The notes below the pieces were generated by a model. That model saw only the letters and a program-made list of their open reading frames with translations, was not told where the DNA came from and ran no database searches. DNA of 64,000 nt from a virus. Its lineage: Duplodnaviria; Caudoviricetes. Below are positions 41,701 through 48,041 of the stretch, in pieces. Numbering within the stretch: the first letter of the stretch is position 1; each line of letters starts with the position of its first letter. Where the stretch lies: positions 1 through 64,000 of the IMG/VR virus record IMGVR_UViG_2513237329_000013. One strand, given 5' to 3'. The translations under genes were made by a program, and so were the position numbers.

Positions 41701-41730
41701 CAAAAAACTCAGAGCAAAGCACTCTGAGTT
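41701..41730 (-). terminator. Terminator ending the tRNA cluster
   Basis: AACTCAGAG/CTCTGAGTT stem then TTTTGTTTT just after tRNA-Lys. Confidence 0.75.
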
Positions 41731-41734
41731 CATT

Positions 41735-41810
41735 TGGTGCGCCAGAAGGGATTTGAACCCTTGACTTGTCGCTTAAAAGGCGACTACTCTACCCACTGAG
41801 TTACTGACGC
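41735..41810 (-). tRNA. tRNA-Lys(TTT)
   Basis: Cloverleaf; GTCGC-CTTTTAA-GCGAC; CCA encoded. Confidence 0.93.
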
Positions 41811-41970
41811 TTATTCAGTTCCGGTTTGCACGGTTTCCCCACTTATTTTAACTCAGTTGGTAACTCCCATTAGAGTAGCAGTGCTTTCGGTCTGCCAGTC
41901 CGTCCGCTTTTCACGGAGGGCATACGTTCCCAATAGAAGCTCATAAAGAGCAAATTGCCATTTCTGGCTT

Positions 41971-42046
41971 TGGTGGGACAAGAAGGGATCGAACCTTCGA
42001 CGCGCAGGGCTTCAACCTGCCGCTCTTCCATCTGAGCTATCGTCCC
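41971..42046 (-). tRNA. tRNA-Phe(GAA)
   Basis: Cloverleaf; GCAGG-TTGAAGC-CCTGC; CCA. Confidence 0.92.
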
Positions 42047-42127
42047 ATATAGAACCATTATGTATAACAAACCTTTCTATCGGAAATGCTCTTTCGTGTA
42101 AACTGATAGAAAAGGAGGCTATGCGTC

Positions 42128-42415
42128 ATGGTTGAATTTTCTCAAAGATTAAAACAACTGCGCAAAGAAAAACATTTAACTCAGGCGCAGGTTGCAGAAA
42201 GAATAGGAGTAACAGCCTCAATGGTGTCCTCATACGAAACGGACATCCGACTCCCATCCTACGAAGTTCTTGTGAAAATCGCTACGCTATTCGGCGTGAC
42301 AGTAGACTATATGCTCTGCCGTGAAGATAAAAGATTTATCGACATATCCAGTCTGTCCGATGATGAAGCTGCGGTTGTGTGTGATATGATAAACATACTC
42401 CTAAAAAAGAAGTGA
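42128..42415 (+). CDS. XRE-family HTH transcriptional regulator
   Basis: RLKQLRKEKHLTQAQVAERIGVTASMVSSYE..R.P; AGGAGG RBS; hairpin terminator at 42421-42443. Confidence 0.92.
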   Translation: MVEFSQRLKQLRKEKHLTQAQVAERIGVTASMVSSYETDIRLPSYEVLVKIATLFGVTVDYMLCREDKRFIDISSLSDDEAAVVCDMINILLKKK

Positions 42416-42451
42416 CTACCAGCCGTCCATTCGGGCGGCTTTTGTCATGTG

Positions 42452-42544
42452 TGGCGACGGAGGTAGGATTTGAACCCACGGACGGCTCATCACCGCCTCT
42501 TGTTTTCAAGACAAGCGCCATAAACCAGACTCGACCACTCCGCC
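42452..42544 (-). tRNA. tRNA-Ser(TGA)
   Basis: Long variable arm; CTTGT-CTTGAAA-ACAAG; CCA. Confidence 0.92.
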
Positions 42545-42664
42545 ATATAACTGGCTTTCATATGTATTTCAACGGGAATAGCCATACCCATCCATCCTAA
42601 GCCGCCCATATGCAGGCCAGAATCATATGATCTCGCACCTCATAAAGCGTGGTGCGACACGCTT

Positions 42665-42751
42665 TGGTGAGGGAGGTTGGATTTGAACCAACTCAGCCCG
42701 AAGGCAACGGATTTACAGTCCGCCCCAGCTCTCCAACTCTGGCGCTCCCCC
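42665..42751 (-). tRNA. tRNA-Tyr(GTA)
   Basis: Long variable arm; loop CTGTAAA; CCA. Confidence 0.92.
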
Positions 42752-42786
42752 ATATAAGGCCGCATTAGCGACCATAAAAAACCACT

Positions 42787-42861
42787 TGGTACTGGCGGTG
42801 GGGATTGAACCCACGACCTTATGATTAAGAGTCATCTGCTCTTCCTCTGAGCTACGCCAGT
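42787..42861 (-). tRNA. tRNA-Lys(CTT)
   Basis: Loop CTCTTAA; CCA. Confidence 0.9.
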
Positions 42862-42958
42862 ATAAAACAAGACACTTGTAAGGAAAAAGAAAGGGGTAGT
42901 GATACAATGGAGGTTGTAATAGGATGTTTCATTAAACAAATCGCTGCAAGTGTCTTTT

Positions 42959-43033
42959 TGGCATGAGGTAAAGGAGTCGAACCCTTATTTACGGTTTTGG
43001 AGACCGCAGTGCTACCATTTACACCAACCTCAT
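42959..43033 (-). tRNA. tRNA-Trp(CCA)
   Basis: Loop CTCCAAA; CCA. Confidence 0.9.
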
Positions 43034-43038
43034 ATATG

Positions 43039-43115
43039 TGGCGACGTATACGGGACTTGAACCCGTGACCTCCGGCGTGACAGGCCGGTGTTCTACTCTT
43101 CTGAACTAATACGCC
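43039..43115 (-). tRNA. tRNA-Asp(GTC)
   Basis: CCGGC-CTGTCAC-GCCGG; CCA. Confidence 0.93.
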
Positions 43116-43117
43116 AT

Positions 43118-43360
43118 TTATTTATCCCAATCTACAAGAGGGTATAAGTCATATGGACTATCGGCAGTTGCGATCTTCTCAAAACCACCATCAACAATGC
43201 ACCATAATGTGTGCTTGTGTTTTTCTGGATTCTGAGAAATGCAATATTCCTTTCCAGATCTGGTCTTGCATAAAACGCCAGTTCCACAATCTGATGCTGG
43301 AATTTTCTTTACAACCTTTCGTTCTTTATCAACTGATAATAAACTTGCTTTTCGCGGCAT
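43118..43360 (-). CDS. Hypothetical protein within tRNA cluster
   Basis: GAGGTG RBS; fills the gap between tRNA-Glu and tRNA-Asp. Confidence 0.7.
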   Translation of the reverse strand: MPRKASLLSVDKERKVVKKIPASDCGTGVLCKTRSGKEYCISQNPEKHKHTLWCIVDGGFEKIATADSPYDLYPLVDWDK

Positions 43361-43380
43361 AGTTTACACCTCTTTCGTGC

Positions 43381-43457
43381 TGGTGATGCGTAAGGGATTT
43401 GAACCCTTAAATTCCGCCGTGAAAGGGCGGTGACTCTACCAATTCGTCCAACGCACC
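43381..43457 (-). tRNA. tRNA-Glu(TTC)
   Basis: CCGCC-CTTTCAC-GGCGG; CCA. Confidence 0.92.
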
Positions 43458-43470
43458 ATAATATAAACTG

Positions 43471-43716
43471 TCATACTCTGACATATCCAGGTTTCATTCT
43501 ACCAGTACAGACATCATGAACCTTACCTATATGATATTTCGCACCGCTTTTATCAACGGCGACACAAAACACGGCTTTCCGATCATTTGGAAACTTCACA
43601 GAATATGACCCATCCGTTTCAAGATATATCGGAATTGGAAAATAATCAGATATTGCACGAGCTTTCTGACGAGCCTCTTTTAATGAAGCGAGTCCCTTCA
43701 TTTTCTTTCTCTTCAT
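43471..43716 (-). CDS. Small basic hypothetical protein within tRNA cluster
   Basis: AAGGA RBS; fills the gap between tRNA-Gln and tRNA-Glu. Confidence 0.65.
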   Translation of the reverse strand: MKRKKMKGLASLKEARQKARAISDYFPIPIYLETDGSYSVKFPNDRKAVFCVAVDKSGAKYHIGKVHDVCTGRMKPGYVRV

Positions 43717-43732
43717 AGATTCTCATTCCTTA

Positions 43733-43807
43733 TGGCTGGGGTAGTTGGACTCGAACCAACGATACGGGAGTCAAAGTCCCGTGCCTTAACCACTTGGCTA
43801 TACCCCA
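43733..43807 (-). tRNA. tRNA-Gln(TTG)
   Basis: CGGGA-CTTTGAC-TCCCG; CCA. Confidence 0.93.
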
Positions 43808-43816
43808 ATATTGATT

Positions 43817-43893
43817 TGGTACGCCAGACAGGACTTGAACCCATGACCTAAAGATTAGAAATCTTTTGCTCTATCCGATTGAGCTACTGGCGC
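43817..43893 (-). tRNA. tRNA-Arg(TCT)
   Basis: AAAGA-TTTCTAA-TCTTT; CCA. Confidence 0.92.
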
Positions 43894-43896
43894 ATA

Positions 43897-43983
43897 TGGT
43901 GCTGGCGGTGGGACTTGAACCCACACGGTATCTCTACCAACGGATTTTGAGTCCGTCGCGTCTGCCGATTCCACCACGCCAGC
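43897..43983 (-). tRNA. tRNA-Leu(CAA)
   Basis: Long variable arm; loop CTCAAAA; CCA. Confidence 0.93.
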
Positions 43984-44064
43984 ATATTTTAATTGCAGAG
44001 CGCCTTGTTTGGCTGATCAGTTAAAAGTTGATTCCATAAATAAGGTTGCTGTATGCGCTCTTCG

Positions 44065-44147
44065 TGGTACGGGTAACAGGAATCGAACCTGCACGGTTGC
44101 CCACCAGATCCTAAATCTGGCGCGTCTGCCAGTTCCGCCATACCCGC
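44065..44147 (-). tRNA. tRNA-Leu(TAG)
   Basis: CCAGA-TTTAGGA-TCTGG; CCA. Confidence 0.92.
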
Positions 44148-44364
44148 ATATTTCCCATCGCAATTATATAGCCGTCGCCATACAACAAGAGATGCGACCA
44201 TCTCATACGACAGGTTATATTCCACTTGGTTCTACATTCACTGACGGGCTGTGGACTACCGTGAGATTACCAACTCTCAAAAGGTTCGACGATTATTGAA
44301 TGCCTGCGATCATAGCATTTCTCCAAACCAATTTGTCAAGTAGAGATGTCACAAATGTTCGGAG

Positions 44365-44441
44365 TGGAGTGGATAGCGGGATTTGAACCCGCACAGTCTG
44401 CTTGGAAGGCAGAAATGCTTGCCGTTAAACATCATACCCAC
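44365..44441 (-). tRNA. tRNA-Gly(TCC)
   Basis: TCTGC-CTTCCAA-GCAGA; U73; CCA. Confidence 0.9.
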
Positions 44442-44492
44442 ACAAAGAAGACAATCATTTTTTAGAGTCTTAGTTGTCTTAATAATGACTCG

Positions 44493-44569
44493 TGGTGTCC
44501 CGTGACGGAATCGAACCGCCGACCTCCTGCTTGTAAGGCAGATGCTCTAACCTGCTGAGCTAACCGGAC
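44493..44569 (-). tRNA. tRNA-Val(TAC)
   Basis: Loop CTTACAA; one G-G mismatch in acceptor stem; CCA. Confidence 0.88.
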
Positions 44570-44729
44570 AAATAGGCCAATTCAAGGCATTGGCCTTGCC
44601 TCCAACTCTATGCTGTTGGGTCGCAGCAAGGTTTTACTCTAAAATCTTGCAAAAAGTCATCACTGCCAGACATGACGGTTTCATTCCCACTACGGTTTAT
44701 AGAGTAACCACCTCTTATGTGGACGGGCA

Positions 44730-44804
44730 TGGGGGCGGAGGTTGGATTTGAACCAACGACCACCAGCTTATGAGGCTGGTAAGCTACCACTGCTACACTC
44801 CGCT
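44730..44804 (-). tRNA. tRNA-Met(CAT), initiator-like
   Basis: A1:C72 mismatch, fMet-like D arm, loop CTCATAA; CCA. Confidence 0.82.
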
Positions 44805-44869
44805 AAGTAAAATTGGCGCTGTCATCCATTCAGACAGTCATTAAGTCGCAGTACGTTGTGACACCAATA

Positions 44870-44944
44870 TGGCTGGAACGATAGGACTCGAACCTACAAC
44901 CCTCCGATTAACAGTCGGATGCTCTACCATTGAGCTACGAACCA
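44870..44944 (-). tRNA. tRNA-Asn(GTT)
   Basis: TCCGA-CTGTTAA-TCGGA; two U-U mismatches in acceptor stem; CCA. Confidence 0.87.
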
Positions 44945-45113
44945 ATATTCTCACCGAGACGCAACATCATTTACACCCAATAGATAAAATCAAACTCATC
45001 TTTTATGTATAGAAATTTGAAGTTGCTGTAAGCGTCTCTAACAACTGCAAGGCACTTATGTACTTTCTATTATCCGCAAGAAAATCCTCCAAAGTTGCTG
45101 CGTGTGCCTTTTA

Positions 45114-45189
45114 TGGTCTGAGTAGCTGGTCTCGAACCAGCGACCTCGTGATCCCAAATCACGCGCTCTACCTACTGAGCTATACCCAG
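45114..45189 (-). tRNA. tRNA-Pro(TGG)
   Basis: CGTGA-TTTGGGA-TCACG; CCA. Confidence 0.92.
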
Positions 45190-45199
45190 ATTTGCTTTT

Positions 45200-45251
45200 G
45201 AGAGAATCAGTAAAAGCAGCATCGCCACGAGCAGGCTTCTCTCCTGATGCC
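45200..45251 (-). ncRNA. Minimal HDV-like (theta-type) self-cleaving ribozyme
   Basis: P1 GGCAUC/GAUGCU with G1.U wobble, P2 GAGAGAA/UUCUCUC, P3 GCC/GGC with loop UGCUCGU, P1.1 GC/GC, no P4, J4/2 CUGA. Confidence 0.8.
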
Positions 45252-45252
45252 G

Positions 45253-45667
45253 TGGAGCAGAGGGGAATCGAACCCCTGTCCGAAATTCCTACATGAACAA
45301 AACATTCTTACGCAATAGATAACAATTTGCATTTTGTCCTAAGACGAGCTGCGTGGTGCTATCAACCAGCTCAGAGCCGCACCAGTTTTGCGACCTCCAC
45401 CACCTTATTTCTTTTCACAGTGATAAGGAAAACTGCAATGTCAGTCTGATTCTTTATTACCGCAGATGCTTACCCAGACTAAAAGTGCATCGTTTAAGCA
45501 TTCATCAACTGCAATTAAGCAGCAATACCCTCCATAACAGCATACAGAGCGGGATGAATCATAACCACAATAGAATCGTTGTCATTTCATTTTTGTTTGA
45601 GCCTTAGGCGGTCTCCATACCTGCGTATTTCGTCCTATCAAAACCCCGTCGAACCCATTACTGCCCC
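45253..45667 (-). ncRNA. ssrA: tmRNA
   Basis: 5' GGGGCAG..GGUUCGACGGGG; 3' GGGGUUCGAUUCCCCU-CUGCUCC-A with G3.U70; internal tag frame ending GCU GCU UAA. Confidence 0.93.
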
Positions 45668-45680
45668 ATATTTAATTTTA

Positions 45681-45756
45681 TGGTCGGAGTAGAAAGAGTC
45701 GAACTTTCGACCTCACGATTATCAGTCGTGCGCTCTACCTACTGAGCTATACTCCG
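45681..45756 (-). tRNA. tRNA-Ile(GAT)
   Basis: CACGA-CTGATAA-TCGTG; CCA. Confidence 0.92.
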
Positions 45757-45871
45757 AAATAGACCATGCGTCCGTAGAACCTCGTCTGCAGCAGATAGGT
45801 TTTTAGCTGGAATAGCAGTCAAGTAATGAACTGAACCGCACAAACGCCAACATAACCAACATGGCACGATT

Positions 45872-45947
45872 TGGTGGAAACAATGAGAATCGAACTCACG
45901 ACCTCCTGCTTGCAAGGCAGGCGCTCTCCCAACTGAGCTATGTCCCC
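45872..45947 (-). tRNA. tRNA-Ala(TGC)
   Basis: G3.U70; loop CTTGCAA; CCA. Confidence 0.93.
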
Positions 45948-45953
45948 ATGTAA

Positions 45954-45973
45954 CCGTCCTCTTTCGAGGACGG
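45954..45973 (-). other. DGR target-recognition hairpin after VR2
   Basis: CCGTCCTC-GAAA-GAGGACGG; 6-bp core 20 nt after the stop codon, same as VR1. Confidence 0.85.
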
Positions 45974-45991
45974 ATTTTATTTGATTTGAGA

Positions 45992-46798
45992 TTAGGAGCT
46001 AAAAGCGGGGGCGAGGCCAAAAGAACCCCTGGCGTCGCCGGTGCCCGCGTTGCCGTTCGCGGACACACCGCAGAAGGTGCCGCTGGCGTCGTAGCACGGA
46101 GAACGCAACAGGTTACAACGACGATTTCCGTCATCATCTTCCTTATAGTAAGGAACATCCTCTTGCTTATAATATTCGTACCAATGCCCCTCGCCAGGCA
46201 TCGAATAGAAACAACGACCATACAGCTCTTTCTCGCTCTTGAGCCAAATCTTACAAACGCTCTTGATAATTTCCTTACTGCAATCGCCAGCGCTTGTAAG
46301 TTTAACAACCGGCTTAATAATTGCCTGCAACTCATCAGAGCAAAGAGAGAAGAACTCCGTATCCAGCCTACGTCTTACAACAGAAGCTTCATATCCGCCG
46401 CAATTCGTACTTTCGTCGTTCCACGACCAGTCCTCGTTGTAAACTCTGACCATATCCCAAGAGAGAGGTGCTTTTCCAGTCCCATCAGCAAGATCATCAT
46501 GGTTAAATCCGATAATCTGCCACACAGCAACAAATCCGTTCTTCATGTGGTCTTTCTTTTGTGCGCCAAGCGCAAATACTTCACGCGCCTTACCAGACAA
46601 TCCGATCTGATCAATTTCACCCCAAGAAAGATGGTTCAAATCCTTCAAAGGCATTGCAAGCGGCGCTTTACAAACAGTGTCAACAATATGTTCACTCGCC
46701 AAGCTATCATCGAAACTGAGAGTCACAGCATCGCCATCACAGACGATATTCATTGCCGAAAATTTGCTAAGATCCTTTGTTGCAATTTTGAACTGCAT
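45992..46798 (-). CDS. DGR target 2: stand-alone CLec-like (DUF6273-like) protein
   Basis: Shares LN..SW..I, I.GFNH, N.GG....R and L.A...P motifs with the target 1 C-terminal domain; ends in VR2. Confidence 0.9.
   Translation of the reverse strand: MQFKIATKDLSKFSAMNIVCDGDAVTLSFDDSLASEHIVDTVCKAPLAMPLKDLNHLSWGEIDQIGLSGKAREVFALGAQKKDHMKNGFVAVWQIIGFNHDDLADGTGKAPLSWDMVRVYNEDWSWNDESTNCGGYEASVVRRRLDTEFFSLCSDELQAIIKPVVKLTSAGDCSKEIIKSVCKIWLKSEKELYGRCFYSMPGEGHWYEYYKQEDVPYYKEDDDGNRRCNLLRSPCYDASGTFCGVSANGNAGTGDARGSFGLAPAFSS
46002..46106 (-). repeat. DGR variable region VR2 (remote)
   Basis: Gap-free match to TR 5777-5881; 23 mismatches at TR adenines and one silent C>T by hand count. Confidence 0.95.
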
Positions 46799-46842
46799 GA
46801 AACACACCCCTATAAAAATTATTTTGCTAATTCCTTAGAAAG

Positions 46843-47471
46843 AAAATTCAATACTTGAATCATACCTATCATTGAGCCTTCGCTCTACCTCCATTACCTT
46901 CTCACAATGTTCAGCCACCAGGGAGATAAGTCTGAGCTTCAAGGAGCGACCTTTAACTTCTTACCCCAGCCTTACACAGCGAACTGTATTAGGCCAATTC
47001 CTGCGCGGGATTGTTTACCCGCAAATTTCACCGTTCGTTCAGAAAATTTGATAGTTTCATACAATTTCTTTTTCATCATATCGTATTAAAGATCAAACAC
47101 CAAAACTGTCCTACGGCTACTTTAACCGACGACTTTCGTTATAGTCGAGTTTCTTCGACATCAAGACAGGAGCGCATTGTTGGCATTTCCTCTGGTTGTA
47201 CTGGTTGCCACGCCAGTATCCTTGAGGATTATTCTCCACAGGAGCGTCTATTGCTGCGCCCGAAAGTTCCGTGCTTTTTGTAGCGATAACTCTTGGCAAC
47301 ACACATTTTCGTTGGCAGTTTCCGCCTCCCAGCAATACATCACTGCATCACTGCCGTCTGGACAATAAAAGGTATCCCTCGTAAATCCAGCGGGAACTAT
47401 TGTGCGTCTCGGAGTGCTGACACACTTTATTCACCGAGTTAATCATAAGCATGATTCAAATATTGAATTTT
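46843..47471 (-). ncRNA. Large ornate ncRNA, ROOL-like (about 630 nt)
   Basis: No credible ORF; about 30-bp terminal helix joins the two ends; many internal hairpins including a UUCG-capped one; size and tRNA-cluster context fit ROOL as I recall it. Confidence 0.68.
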
Positions 47472-47480
47472 CAAAGATCA

Positions 47481-47556
47481 TGGAGCTGGCGACAGGACTT
47501 GAACCCGCAACCTGATGATTACAAATCACCTGCGCTACCAATTGTGCCACGCCAGC
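47481..47556 (-). tRNA. tRNA-Thr(TGT)
   Basis: Loop TTTGTAA; CCA. Confidence 0.92.
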
Positions 47557-47589
47557 ATATTGTTTAACTATGTCCTCTTGACATTATTG

Positions 47590-47618
47590 AGTATAACATA
47601 TAAGCACACGGTTGTCAA
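47590..47618 (-). promoter_or_regulatory. Near-consensus sigmaA promoter for the RNA cluster
   Basis: TTGACA-17-TATACT with extended TG, 33 nt upstream of tRNA-Thr. Confidence 0.8.
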
Positions 47619-47648
47619 TAGGAATTAGCAAAATAATTTTAGATTTTT

Positions 47649-47724
47649 TGGTGGCTGAGGCTGGACTTGAACCAGCGTCTCCGCTTTATGGGAGCGGCAA
47701 GAAAACCAGCTTCTCCACTCAGCC
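47649..47724 (-). tRNA. tRNA with CAT anticodon (Met or Ile2), atypical
   Basis: Cloverleaf; CCGCT-CCCATAA-AGCGG with C at position 33; CCA. Confidence 0.78.
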
Positions 47725-47756
47725 AAATAGGGAGGGGCAAAAGCCCCATCCCATAG

Positions 47757-48041
47757 TCATTCTCGAATACTTCTTAAAAGTTCTGCTCCGGACTTAAACA
47801 CGACATTCTGGAACTCCGGAACAACGATGCTCTCTTTCGTCACTGGATGAAGAGCTGGATGCGACTTATACTTTTTCACATCAAATGTTCCAAACCCATA
47901 AATCGAAACTCGATCTCCGTTTCTAAGAGCATTCGCAATTTCATCAAAGATATCGTCAACGATATCCTTGACCATATACTTCTTATACGCCTTATTCTTC
48001 TGAGCAAGCGTATTTACCAAATCTGCTTTATTGATATTCAT
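47757..48041 (-). CDS. HU/IHF-family DNA-binding protein
   Basis: NKADLV..LA, V.IYGFGTF, HPVTKESI.VP, VFKSG. Confidence 0.92.
   Translation of the reverse strand: MNINKADLVNTLAQKNKAYKKYMVKDIVDDIFDEIANALRNGDRVSIYGFGTFDVKKYKSHPALHPVTKESIVVPEFQNVVFKSGAELLRSIRE

Noticed and set aside
41858-41922. Possible twister ribozyme on the plus strand (TAACTCC...GGAGGG)
   Set aside because: Lacks the conserved central twister motif and lies antisense to the tRNA operon
42869-45110. CAGCRA units as a mini-CRISPR array
   Set aside because: Units are dispersed, stems differ in sequence, spacing is irregular and there are no cas genes
45986-46858. 290-aa plus-strand ORF
   Set aside because: Antisense shadow of DGR target 2, which has the motifs and the VR
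41735-47724. Stop-codon recoding, which often accompanies theta ribozymes
   Set aside because: No CTA or TCA suppressor anticodon, and long genes are intact under the standard code
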